A stretch of DNA of 64,000 bases, counting the filler, from Circinaria calcarea (Eukaryota): the NCBI GenBank assembly GCA_051942165.1. It is 43 parts of 43 records of this genome, joined end to end, with 100 filler letters (N's around TTAATTAATTAA, not from the genome) between each part and the next. Parts side by side here need not be neighbours in the genome. Positions count along the whole stretch, not along the records: positions 1 to 1,406 come from JAVECS010004764.1; positions 1,507 to 2,911 come from JAVECS010004765.1; positions 3,012 to 4,415 come from JAVECS010004766.1; positions 4,516 to 5,918 come from JAVECS010004767.1; positions 6,019 to 7,420 come from JAVECS010004768.1; positions 7,521 to 8,922 come from JAVECS010004769.1; positions 9,023 to 10,424 come from JAVECS010004770.1; positions 10,525 to 11,924 come from JAVECS010004771.1; 35 more parts are not named here. One strand, written 5' to 3'. The notes beneath the pieces were generated by a model, which was given only the letters and a program-made list of their open reading frames with translations, ran no database searches and was not told where the DNA came from. Of this stretch, positions 1 to 11,742 are shown piece by piece (within the stretch, counting starts at the first letter, position 1; each line of letters begins with the position of its first letter). A program made the position numbers and the translations under genes.

Positions 1-1406
1 GTGAAGAAGGAGGGGATTAGAGGGGTATATATATGGGATATGTGGGGGCATTGAACTTAGTGCTACAGTTGCAATTTGCGCAATGCGTCAATATAGAGAG
101 GGAGGGAGAGTCAGTTGTGGTATGGAGTTTAATTTAGAAAAAAAATTTCCAATCCTGCTTGGCCCCCTTGTCCCCTTGTTCCTTGTTGGAAACCTAATCA
201 TTCTGGCTCTGGCTCCGGCTCTGACTCTGCTGTGCTGTGTGTGTGTGTGTATACATAAGCGTGATTTTCCATACCTGCCTGCCCATTCCGTACACACCTG
301 CTTACTAGTAGCCTCTGGTTCCACCCATACTACAAATAATTGGTGATAACAACAACTTCTGCATACAGAAGTTGGGCATAGAGTTTCGATGTACAGTATG
401 CTGGCTCTCTATTGAACACATTGCCATTTTTTTCTTTTTTCTCTCTATTCGTTGGGGTTGAGGGCTTAATTTACTTAATTTGATTTATTTATTTGGTCAT
501 TGCTTTCTTTTTCTAATCCGCTTCAAGGGGGAAAAGTACCCTCGTATAATAAAATCCTGTTCCAAAACGAACACCACTTCTTGGAATCTCAGGCCCTCGA
601 AAAACCACCTCGATGTCAGGTCGTAGAGTACTTTACTTGAAAAGTATCCAAGGCTAAGGTATGTGGTAATGTGAGGCACGAGCAATACGATTGGCTACAC
701 GCAGTATACGAGAACTAATCATTACAGTAAAGAAGTGTGCGAGTGAAAGGTTTTCACTATACGCTAAGACGCCAACTAAACGAGATATCGCCACCCCCTA
801 AGCGTAGAGCCTGACACATAGAAAGCAACAAGAAACCTTGACCACTAGACAGACTTACTTTCCATTTCTAATATAGAATAGGCTAGAATTCTAATATAGT
901 ATAAATCCGTGTGAAATAATGATGTAATACAGGGTGGAATAGGCTGTATTGGCTATGGTAACTACCAGTTTAGGCTCTACTATGTATATGTATTGCGGGG
1001 GTTAGTTCGCCCGCTCCGTCCTCTGGTTTCCACGTAGTGCATAACCCCCTATTCTTGACAATCAATACTAGATCTAATGCATGCTGAATTTTTAGTAGAA
1101 AAAACCTCATGGGTATAAAGAAATAATAAGATTCGTTGATTTTCGAGGTGGTTTTCCGAGGGCCCGAGATTCCCAAAAAGGAATGTTCATTTTGGAACAG
1201 GAATATATATGTGGAGGTAAAGAGCATGGAGAAAATGGCGGGGAAAACAGCGCTAATTAGGCGCGCCTTTCGCTCCATATCTCAGCGATCCCCTCCCACA
1301 CACTCTCGATACATTCTACATACGCACTACGCTCTACACACACACAGTATTCCCTAGTATCAACATAATATTTCAGTAGCCTCTATCAATACATACATTC
1401 CGGTTA

Positions 1407-1506
1407 NNNNNNNNNNNNNNNNNNNNNNNNNNNNNNNNNNNNNNNNNNNNTTAATTAATTAANNNNNNNNNNNNNNNNNNNNNNNNNNNNNNNNNNNNNN
1501 NNNNNN
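1407..1506. other. Artificial contig spacer N44-TTAATTAATTAA-N44; first of 42 identical spacers (last at 62589-62688)
   Basis: Identical 100-nt block recurring about every 1.5 kb. The 12-mer gives stops in all six frames. Flanking fragments decrease steadily in length (1405, 1404, 1403 ... 1377 bp). Confidence 0.99.
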
Positions 1507-1523
1507 CACTCATTGTGGCCTAC

Positions 1524-2062
1524 CCAGTATTACAGTGCGTCAATACACTGATTTTCTCCCCACTGCTAGCTTTCCCTGAGTTGTCTAGTATCCAGCTCGC
1601 TCCGTGTCTCCCAATGTTCTTGTTGTCCAAAACGTCATCGATGAGCATCAACTCGGCGGCGGTAATGTATGCTTCCTCCACGCTTGATTTGGTTGAGCCG
1701 GGAGAGTTGCTAGTAGATCGTACGATATTTTCAAGCTTCTTCGCTGCATCTGCTAGGTTCACTGCAGTAGGTCTGCTCGTGACAAGATATTCTAATTTTT
1801 CAACAATCACATCTGTTGCCCTTCTTGCTTCCTCTGGGACACCATCATCGGATTCAGGCTCCTGGCGGTTGGTCAACTCAATTGCGAGAGCCAGCGCCGC
1901 AACGATAGCGATTGCTGGCGCGCCCCGCACGCGCATTTCTCTGATGGCATTCCATGCATCTTCAACGTTGGAGATCGTTTGATAGACTTCTTTGTGCGGA
2001 AGCTCGAGCTGGTCAAGTATTTGGAGGGTTCCGCGAACGTAGATGATGGCTTGAAGAACCAT
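1524..2062 (-). CDS. MRI1: Methylthioribose-1-phosphate isomerase, first exon (3' truncated)
   Basis: MVLQAI..LQILDQLELP, MRVRGAPAIA, SRPTAVNL and LTHCNTG motifs; GTAG donor follows at 1523. Confidence 0.93.
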
Positions 2063-4220
2063 GTTCGAGATAATCAATCTGTATATAGGGTGGAGTCGCT
2101 AAAATCCTTGGGAGTTGATGGGATCTAGCACCGACACACGCCGACGGTACAAAATAAACCTTATGTGATCCTGAGGATAGCCCAGGCATATTATCTCCGC
2201 AAGCCATGTATGACATAATATATTTTAACAAGGCATTTCAACAGGCATACATACCATCGTGGTAGAGCTCTTTCTACAAGATATTCGATCCCGGTGTACA
2301 TAAGTCGCTGCCGATGAAAGACAATCAGTGCATGTGGGCTACTCCGATCCTACTACCTATACATCTAATCATTTAGAAAAAACTTCTATCCGTTCAAAGT
2401 TTTATGTAGTTGAGGAGCGTTGATTCCTGTGTGAGGGATCCTCCAGTACTACGTACGACAGGGGCGGTTTGAAATCTCCGGACAGAGGACAGGCTTAGCA
2501 AGTGCCTTCTTTTTACTGGCCTCGAACTCATCGTACTTCACACCTCTGAAGAGAGCTTGAAGGCGGACTAGATGGGGTCAAGTATATGATTGCATTAGTG
2601 CAAAGGTGAGAAAACATTGCATATACACAGGTTTCGATCACGAGTTATGATTTCCAGAATGTGGGAATTATGAAACCAGCATGCACCGAGATTTCCATCC
2701 ATCAACGGGATCGTCCAAAACTACCCTTCAAGAGGGGGCAACAAAAATGGGTATATCGCTGAGGTCGATGCCGTATCCCAAGCTAACATCAACACTCTTT
2801 CTACTTGCCCCAGTCCTCATGTTTCGGGTACCTGCGCTTCCGCCAAGACCATAACCAGGCTCGTAACCGAAAGATAGACCTCCGTCGAATCGTCCAGTAA
2901 GACGTTCAACANNNNNNNNNNNNNNNNNNNNNNNNNNNNNNNNNNNNNNNNNNNNTTAATTAATTAANNNNNNNNNNNNNNNNNNNNNNNNNNNNNNNNN
3001 NNNNNNNNNNNATATCATTTCGGCCATTTTTCACCACAAATCCCCACAGCCAATTAACTCTTCCCAATTCACGTATGCCAACATTTTAGATCCCTAAAGT
3101 CTATACCCAGATAATAACAGACTTCCACTCTCAATTCGCTGCCCGTACCAGAAGCCTTTTCCTTTGGCACCTCGCTGGAATTCCCTATCCAGCGCCAAAT
3201 CTCCTATACCGGGTCCTTCCCCGGGCAATCTCTAACGTTTCGACCTCTCAGCCGGGCAACTCTACCGGCGCTGACTCCTTGGGTAACGTGTGCGGGTACC
3301 GCTTCATCAATAGGTTGTCGGCTTCCATCGGATGTGTTTCCACGTTTAATTCCGGCTTTCCGGTACCACCAGTAGGTAATATGTCCAGAAATCTTGACAA
3401 TAATTGCCGAGTTCTCCGTCCTCTACCTCCAGAATAATATAGCGAGAACGACTCCTAAGCCAGCTCCGAAGCCGGTTTTCGGATTTATATTCCTCGATCC
3501 AGACCCTGACCCTTCTGTTGGGGAACCCAGCCTTTCCGACGGGCATTATTGATCAACGAGATGCAAAATTTCCAAAACCACTGCCGCACTCCTCAGCGGT
3601 AGAGTTTTTCAGCCTCCATTTCTGCAAGGGCTGCATCGTCCAACTCTATATAGCGTCGGATCTTTATCCCATCCTTTGCTGTAGATAGGCAACAAACCGT
3701 CCATTAGTACACGCTCTCCATCCCATAGATAGTGCCCTCTCCGGAATCTTGCTCGTTTCACTGAAGTCGAATTCTCCGGGGTTCTGGCTATCTTGCGTGT
3801 TTCTTCCAACGGGGAACACGATATTAACGGCCAGAATGGACGGCTTACCAACCCCGTTTTTCTTTTATCAATCCGTAAATCTGCCCAGCTCGTTGTTACT
3901 CGACTCATTTTTGCAGCAAGAATTATTGCGCTATAGCGTGTTTCGGATAATTAAATGTAAATCCGCTAATCACTGAATCCAACCCCATGTCTCTCAGTCC
4001 TCATTGTGCTACCTGTCTGTCGTTTGCGCTTTTTGTCTAACCTGGCATTCTTGCTCTTCTCCCGCCTAGTCTCCGTGCCCTTAATGCTGCTCTGTGCTCT
4101 TCATCATTGCCCTATCTGATAATCGATCAGCCACATCCCACGGGTAGAATTTTCATGCCGGTTTTTAACTCCCCTTTTTTTTAGTGATAGCACGGCGGAT
4201 GCATGGAATGGGCTGTGAGC

Positions 4221-4363
4221 CATTTCATATGGCAGTGACCCATTCCATATGGCAGTGACCCATTCCATATGGCAGTGACCCATTCCATATGGCAGTGACC
4301 CATTCCATATGGCAGTGACCCATTCCATATGGCAGTGACCCATTCCATATGGCAGTGACCCAT
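4221..4363. repeat. 20-bp minisatellite (CATTCCATATGGCAGTGACC) x7
   Basis: Units start at 4221, 4241 ... 4341; the first has one mismatch. No spacers between units. Confidence 0.97.
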
Positions 4364-4515
4364 CCCTTATAACAATAACATCCCTTTCTTCCATCACAAC
4401 ACTTCTCCAACATCANNNNNNNNNNNNNNNNNNNNNNNNNNNNNNNNNNNNNNNNNNNNTTAATTAATTAANNNNNNNNNNNNNNNNNNNNNNNNNNNNN
4501 NNNNNNNNNNNNNNN

Positions 4516-5918
4516 TGTTCGGCGTGTCTCCTTGACGACAGAAGATTGATACTCCTTGACGTCCCGACTGACAATGAACAGTTGGGTAAGGTTTTCAGAG
4601 TACCTGTCCTTGAGAACATTGTAGTCTTTATCTTCAAAAAGCTCGGATATTCCAACGTGTTGCTTCAGCTTTTCTGTGCGGCGACCGAAGGCCTTTGACA
4701 AGCCCGATTTCACATCAGAGTCCTTCCGCTTCCTACTGAGAACTTGTTCCACGAGTTCAGCATGCTTCTTCATTTCGTTAATCCGAATCGACACTTCGGT
4801 GAGCTCTCGAAGTGCGTCTTTAAGAGCATTACGGTCTGGATGGTCGTCTGGCGTCGATTCGAGGAGTTGCGTAAGTAGAAGCGGGTATTTGAGAATCCGC
4901 TGCACTGGCTTCACAAGTAGAGAGTCGAGGTTCCAGGCAGACGTCAAATCGGACGCCCATTGCCGACATTCTCTCAACCATATCTCAACCTTCGGATTTT
5001 GTTGCAAAGCCTGGAGCTTTTTGTTTGCGGCATCATGATTCCTTAGATATTCGGTATACACCCGCTCCATCTCCTCCGTATGGACCTTGAAAGCCTCTCC
5101 AACGAACGTTTGTCGATCTCTGTCCATTTCTGTCCTGTCCGAATCATGAACAGATCCCTGATCGTCAGACACAGCTGTCGCACTTGTGCTCGCCGAGGTC
5201 GCCCGGCTACCACGTCTGCTGTCTTTTCGGCTCTGAAATCTCTGAGATTTCGGCATGACGTATACAGCCTTCCCAGCTTGCTTTAAGGTATCAAGGAAGC
5301 TCGTTGAGAAGTGCACGATTTGCTCAGAGTTGCCGAAGAGGATTTTAACATCATCAGTAGACAGGTCTAGACACGAGCTAGAAGTGCCCTTGTAGATGTC
5401 GTCAACGACTTTGAGATCGCGGCCAAAGCTGGCCTCTGTATCAATCAGTTCCTTGATAACGTGTCTACGTTTCTTGAGTCTGCGTTGCTCAGGTGATGGG
5501 GATGAAGGTTTGCTTGAAGTATCCATGCCGGAGGGCTCGAAGCTGCGCCGATCATCCCAAGCAGCGCCAATTTCTGTGGAAGTCTTGGCAGAAGTTGAAG
5601 CTGGGGTCTCTGGTCTTGAGGAAGAAATTTTGGGAAGTGATACCCTCCTTTTTGGCATTTGATTGAGAAAGGTGCTCGGGAATATGCTCGACGGAGGCTG
5701 ACTATCGTAAATGCTCGGGGAAGAATGCTGAGCGGCTTCTTTGTCGACAAAATCCATCGCAATTGGTGGTGGAGGTGGTGGGGAGTGAGAAGGCGGTCGG
5801 AGAGGTACAGATTGAGGTTGGGTATCGGGACCCCTGGGCGGTGATCTGAACGCTAGCCCTAGCCCTCTCTCAGCTGTTTCTTTCTGCAAAGCTATTCTTC
5901 TCTCGTATGCTTTGGGAG
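4516..5918 (-). CDS. Rho guanine-nucleotide exchange factor (DH domain followed by probable BAR-like helical region); internal fragment
   Basis: Frame is open across the whole contig. KRRHVIKELIDTEASFGRDL, LDSLLVKPVQRILKYPLLL and INEMKK are DH-domain motifs. Confidence 0.9.
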
Positions 5919-6018
5919 NNNNNNNNNNNNNNNNNNNNNNNNNNNNNNNNNNNNNNNNNNNNTTAATTAATTAANNNNNNNNNNNNNNNNNNNNNNNNNN
6001 NNNNNNNNNNNNNNNNNN

Positions 6019-6777
6019 CGGAAAGAAAATGGAGGGTGGGAAAAGGGGGCCAAGGGACTAAGGAGAGGAGGAGAGGGGGACTTGACAGCGTGGATGGTTG
6101 GGGTGGAAAAGAAGGGAGACGGATTAGGAATGCGGGGGAAAGGTATGGATGGAGGGGAAGGGGGCGAAGAAGAGGCCATCTGTAAACTCTCTCCAACGCT
6201 TCTCGGTTCGGAAATGCCAAACCCTGAAAATGAGACGGAAAAATCTCCCCGGAAGCGGAGAAAAATCTTCCAAAACCTGACTATCTATATTAACGGCTCC
6301 ACTGCTCCCCTCGTCAGCGATCACAAACTTAAATATCTCCTGGTGGAACACGGTGCCAGGGTCAGCATCGGCCTGGGTAGAAGAAGTGTCACGCATGTCA
6401 TCCTGGGTACTCCCAATGGTAGTGGTGGTGGTGGGAAAGGGGCCGGGGGAGGATTAGCGGGAGGGAAGATTCAAAAGGAAATCAAGAGGGTTGGCGGGTG
6501 TGGGGTCAAGTACGTCGGGGTCGAGTGGTGGGTTTTTCCGGTTTCCTGTGCCTGTGTTTCCAACGGGAGGCTGGTGATGATTGTTCAGAGTTCTGAACTT
6601 GTACGCAAAGGTTAATGAAAGCTAAGCTGACATGCAATAATCGGAGTGAACAGGGTCCTCGAGTGTATCAAAGTCGGGAAACGAGTGTCGGAAGCGAGGT
6701 TCTCCAATCTCTCGACCGCGCCTGTGGGCGTGAAGAGTGTGCTGGATATGTTTGAGAAGCAGATTGGGAAGTCTTAA
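6019..6777 (+). CDS. BRCT-domain protein (REV1-type BRCT at the C-terminus), 5' truncated, intron ~6529-6653
   Basis: IFQNLTIYINGSTAP...VTHVIL...VKYVGVEW|VLECIKVGKRVSEARF after splicing; stop TAA at 6775-6777. Confidence 0.8.
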
Positions 6778-7520
6778 ATGGGACGAGTGTGACGAATTGG
6801 GCATTAAGAACGGTTGCATGTACTTGGACTTGGGCATCGGCATCGGTGTTGGTATTTGGCATCGGGTTGCCGTCTCTTGGGGCTCACCTCCGGAATTTGG
6901 GGCTAGGGCTGGGTATTGGTAATGGGGCATGGACGGGTGTTGCATTGGGGATTGGATTGGATTGGATTGGATTGCATGGAGGGGGGACACGGGTTGGTCA
7001 TGATGAACATGTAACAAAGCATTTATAATTATTATGATAAAAGAAGCCGGAAAGCGAGGGGGGAATCAACATCACCATTCATACACTTCCCAGATCAAAC
7101 ATTACCATTCACCAGATATTTTTTTTGGCAACGTATAGTAAAGAAATATGAAGCAAACAATAAAGGGCTTTAAAAAAAAAAAAACCTTGGAACCCTATGT
7201 GTAACTAGTCATGTCCCGTCCTATCCCGTCCGTCCCACCATATAAAATTGATTTTCTTTTTTTGGTTCCAATTCCACATGTATGTATGTATGGAGTTTTT
7301 GTTTTGTTTATTTGTTTTTTTCAAGAAGATTTTGGTTGGGGAAGGAAGGGGGGAAGGAAGGAAGGAAGGAAGGAAGGAAACCAAACAGGAACTGGAAACT
7401 GGAAATAACTGGTATGGGGGNNNNNNNNNNNNNNNNNNNNNNNNNNNNNNNNNNNNNNNNNNNNTTAATTAATTAANNNNNNNNNNNNNNNNNNNNNNNN
7501 NNNNNNNNNNNNNNNNNNNN

Positions 7521-7799
7521 ATATAATATAATAAAAATATATAATATATAATATATTATATATAAATTCTGAATATATGCGCAAAAGTCGTATAATCGAG
7601 TATTTTATAACTTTTTTATAAAGATAAAAATTAAGGCCCAAAATGGACAGAAAATTAAGCCGAAAAATGTAAAAAACTAAATCTTTTACGCCCACTTTAA
7701 GTGTTCTGCTGAGACTCCGGTAGAATTTTGCTCAGATCGGACCGGGTCGTGCCCAGATTTATAACCCTTCAACTTCGTTCCTCGTTTCAGGGCATATAA
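7521..7799 (-). mobile_element. Truncated hairpin-ended non-autonomous element, family A copy 1 (AT-rich, RIP-like)
   Basis: Co-linear similarity with 21017-21446: AAAAACTAAA.C.TTTTA, AGAATTTTG and AACCCTTC.ACTTCGTT..CGTTTCAGGGCATA. Confidence 0.6.
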
Positions 7800-8278
7800 C
7801 CCGTAAGGCTGCGCCGGGCCTACGTGCGCCCGCCTGGGGTGATATTCCCTCAAACCGCCCATCACGCTTTACAGCGTAAGACGGGGGTATATCACCGGAA
7901 ATGTGTTCAAATCCCATTAGCGCTTGCCTTTTGGCCGGCCTTATGGTACCCCGTTCTATTGTCTCTCCCGTCCTGCTTTTCTCCGCCTGCCCCGCCTTCC
8001 CCCAACAGCTGGTACGCTAAGGTATTAAGCAATTAAGGCAAGAGCTGTGCTAGTTCTACTTTATTTAATTGTCCAGGGAGAACTTCCAACTTCACACCTT
8101 ACCACGCATCCGCGGATCCCTACAAGCACTGCTCATAAGCCACTCTTTTAGATAAAATCACTCATTACTTATTTTAGCATTAACACTCCTTGACCATTGC
8201 CGGCCTGTACATTTGAACGAGCATCAATGGATTGAGAACCAACCTACCCAAAACTTGAGCCTTCTTGGAACTATCATT

Positions 8279-8883
8279 ATGGTGGTCATCGACCAGCATG
8301 AGTACCTTTGTGAAGAGGAAAAGAGACTAAAGGATGACCGTGAACGTAAAAGGTATTGGAAGAAATGGGGTCCATATGTTGCCGAACGCCAGTGGGCTAC
8401 AGGTTGGTTATCTTATCTATCTTTACCCACACCCAGACAGAGCTTATTTTCAATTCCCACATCAGTGAGGGAGGATTACTCGTGAGTATTACCCTAGCCC
8501 TGTTTCGAACCGCCAGCTGTTCACATGAGATGGCACAGAGAGAACGGCGATGCTTGGAGCCGTAAGCATTTAGAGACCAACACTAATGCCTTGATGGCGT
8601 ACTAAGCTTTGATAGACTTTACACATGATGATGCGCGATCTCGGACCTTCCGATGGGGCGAGGATGGTATTGCTGGGATTTCTGACTCCCATGGTCTCCA
8701 AAATGTGGCCTTCGCATTCTGGAACGAGAAAGAGTACGGGGAATACCGAGAGCATCTCTCTTCCTATTCTGACTATCCTTCAGCAACTTCTTGAAAGAGC
8801 GACTATTTGGATTGTCGAATCCCCAGGGTAATCACGGTGAAAGCATTAAAGAGGCTCACTTCCACCTCGATGATACACCTACA
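8279..8883 (+). CDS. Glycoside hydrolase family 63-like protein (yeast YMR196W-like), 5' part, five exons
   Basis: Spliced product [51 protein letters not shown]...|[26 protein letters not shown] introns. Confidence 0.85.
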
Positions 8884-9087
8884 GTAAACACTCCCTTAGG
8901 ACCTCCTCACAACGCTACTGACNNNNNNNNNNNNNNNNNNNNNNNNNNNNNNNNNNNNNNNNNNNNTTAATTAATTAANNNNNNNNNNNNNNNNNNNNNN
9001 NNNNNNNNNNNNNNNNNNNNNNGTACAGGAAAGATAGGGTAGGGTAGGGGATGGGAGGGGATGGGATAAAACGAGGTATACAAGGGA

Positions 9088-9250
9088 CGTGTATAGAAGG
9101 GACGGTATAAAAGGGGACGGTATAGAAGGGACGGTATAGAAGGGACGGTATAGAAGGGACGGTATAGAAGGGACGGTATAGAAGGGACGGTATAGAAGGG
9201 ACGGTATAGAAGGGACGGTACAGAAGGGACGGTATAGAAGGGACGGGTAT
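9088..9250. repeat. 14-bp minisatellite (GTATAGAAGGGACG)n, about 11 units; (GGTAC)n follows at ~9331-9362
   Basis: Directly visible tandem array. Confidence 0.95.
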
Positions 9251-9808
9251 AAAAGGGGAGATGGAAGATGGGGAGGTGGAAGATGGGACAGGAGGAGATG
9301 GAACGGTAGGGTAGGCGACGGGTACGATGCGGTACGGTACGGTACGGTACGGTACGGTACGGGTGCGGATACCGTAAGGTATCACTACTCCGCAAGGGGC
9401 TATCAATCATCATCAACGCCAGCCAGCCAGTCTCTCTGCGGATAGGGAATTTTTCCACAAACAAAACCCCCCCAAGTTTTGCGTTTCTTTTAATTGGAAG
9501 AAGAACGGCTGGAATATATATATATCAGAGGGATTAGCACCTAATATCAGGAAGGAGTTTCTTTTTTCTTCCCATAAAAATTTTTTTTTTCTCCCCCCCC
9601 CCCCCCTTCCTTTCAATTACCAACAATATCTTTTCTCCCGGGTTTTGCGCATCAACAGCAATGCATGATTACATCGTGTATGTCGAGCTTTTTTGTTTCA
9701 TTGGTCGCAATTTTCATGTATGTACGACGCACTGACTAGTTCGATCGGTGGCATTTCCTAGCTACAACGCGTTCATTAGCTACACAGTACGACTCTTCAG
9801 AGTCAGTT

Positions 9809-10424
9809 TTAGATTAAAACCCCAAACAGATCGGTGTAAGTCCTTTGGTCGGGCTTGCTGGCAGCAGCTTCCTTTGCCAGCTGGTCGGCAACAGTGTTGA
9901 GTTCCCTTGGAATGAGCCAGAAGAGGACTTGTAAACCATTTGTCCCCCTGTCCTTGACGGTCTCGATCAACAATTCCCATAAATCGCGGTTCTTGACAAG
10001 GGTGCCTTGAGATGTGCGCCATCCATTCCTAGCCCAGCTATGGACCCATTTGGTGATGCCGGAAACGATGTAATCAGAATCCGTTGCAATGACAAGACGC
10101 GAGAAGCCTTCGCCGTGCCATGCGCGGAACTTCAAGGCCGCAATGACTGCCCTTAATTCGGCACGGTTGCTGGTCTGGGTGTATTCGTCCCCCGATGGTC
10201 CTTGTAGTTCCAGTCTAAAGAGTTCACCTCCCCGATAGGCTGCTGTGGCGGGGCGGAAGACAAAGGCACATCCGGCCTTTGGAAACTGCTGACCGTTGTT
10301 GAGGCAACATCCGTCGGTGGTAATGAGTAATTCCCGAGGGTTGGAGAATCGCACAAACCTAGGACCGCTACTCCCAGGGGAGGGTGAGTGGCCTGGCCCG
10401 AAGAGGCTCTGTGGTGTATCGTTG
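9809..10424 (-). CDS. Ribonuclease H1-like protein (5' truncated)
   Basis: TDGCCLNNG, QTSNRAELRAVIAAL, IATDSDY, VKNRDLWE and NTVADQLAK supply the D-E-D-D catalytic set. Frame is open to the contig edge. Confidence 0.9.
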
Positions 10425-11060
10425 NNNNNNNNNNNNNNNNNNNNNNNNNNNNNNNNNNNNNNNNNNNNTTAATTAATTAANNNNNNNNNNNNNNNNNNNN
10501 NNNNNNNNNNNNNNNNNNNNNNNNCATTCACCACTAAAACCGCAGCCTTTCCCCACCTTATACTATCCCTCTCCATCCATTAGCTACAGCAAACAGTCTT
10601 CCCCCCTCCCCACTTCCACTCCCAAAACTACTCTCCCATAACGCCCCCACAACTGTTTCGCAAACCCACGGCATGGGCTCCAAAGAAAACCCTCTCGCTT
10701 GAAAAGTGTGTATTTTATTTTTCTTTAAAACCATCTGGATTACAACTACGGCGGAGGTCTCGCACGGTGGCTTTCGTGGGGGCAAGGGGATAATCAGTAA
10801 ACCCCGGATGAGACGTGCTGGGTCGGTCCTCTCTATATCACTCTATAGTAGAAAAGTGGGGAGGGAAAAGGATATTACAGAATGGATTGACAGGCCTGGA
10901 TACGGATACCGGGGGGGCGGGAGGAAAAAGAACCTCTGAAACGGAGGGGATTGCGGAGTTTTTCCAAAATCCGATGTTGGGATGTTTCACTGGGATTTTT
11001 ACCAAGGGGATGCGGGGGAAACCCCCTGATTCCAGTTTGGGAAGAAAGCGGGATTTATGG

Positions 11061-11742
11061 GGGTGGCACTGTATGCACACCCCTAATACATACACGCACA
11101 CCCCAATTACCATAGTTGCACACTCCCCCTGATTAGGCAATAAAAACTTTTTTTTGGGGTATACGGAGTATCGAGGGTCCGGGTTAATACCACATGACCT
11201 AGACCGTTATTTATCCGTGGCCAAGAACAGGCAATAAATCTATATTACGGGTTCAGGTCAGCGATATATAAAGGTTTTTAGAAACCCGAAATTCTATATC
11301 ACGGCGTATATTATTTTACACAATAATAAAGCTCTAAAATCACTACATCTACATGCTAAAATCATGAATTTCAGGCGCGAAATGGCATGGATTTTTTACT
11401 TAAAAACCTTGATTTTTAGGATTGCGCCCGTATGATAAGACTGAAAACTACGCCTTAAGATATAGATTATCTACTACGCGCGAGCTGCTTCACGACTACT
11501 ACATCGCTGATCTCCAGCCTCCACCACGTAAATAAAGGATTCTATTTAAGCCATATTTAATTCGATAGAGGATCTATGAGCGGCATAATCTCTAATATAC
11601 TTATATCACATCCGAGCCTAGTGCATTGATAGATAACATATTTCGCTAAACTACTAATTTTATTGCCTAATCGGGGGGGGTGTGCAACTATGGTAATTGG
11701 GGTGTGCGTGTATGTATTAGGGGTGTGCATACAGTGCCACCC
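11061..11742. mobile_element. Non-autonomous Mutator-like DNA transposon (MITE), 682 bp, 85-bp TIRs, 9-bp TSD
   Basis: TIRs 11061-11145 and 11658-11742 differ at 2 positions. Flanks are GATTTATGG (11052-11060) and GATTTGTGG (11743-11751). Interior is AT-rich with no credible ORF. Confidence 0.9.

Noticed and set aside
1451..1462. Regularly spaced TTAATTAATTAA palindromes as a biological repeat
   Set aside because: Always centred in N44 blocks; a synthetic six-frame stop linker.
4221..4363. CRISPR array or long telomeric repeat
   Set aside because: No spacers, no cas genes and a eukaryotic context. The array is followed by unique sequence rather than running to a contig end.
4104..4413. Repeat-peptide ORFs (also 8967-9464 and 20961-21266) as RiPP precursors
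   Set aside because: Unit lengths of 20, 14 and 17 bp are not multiples of 3 and all frames are open. There is no signal peptide or KR spacing; these are satellite artefacts.
7741..7800. Hammerhead ribozyme (CTGA...GAAAC on the minus strand)
   Set aside because: Lacks the CUGANGA core and the three-stem arrangement.
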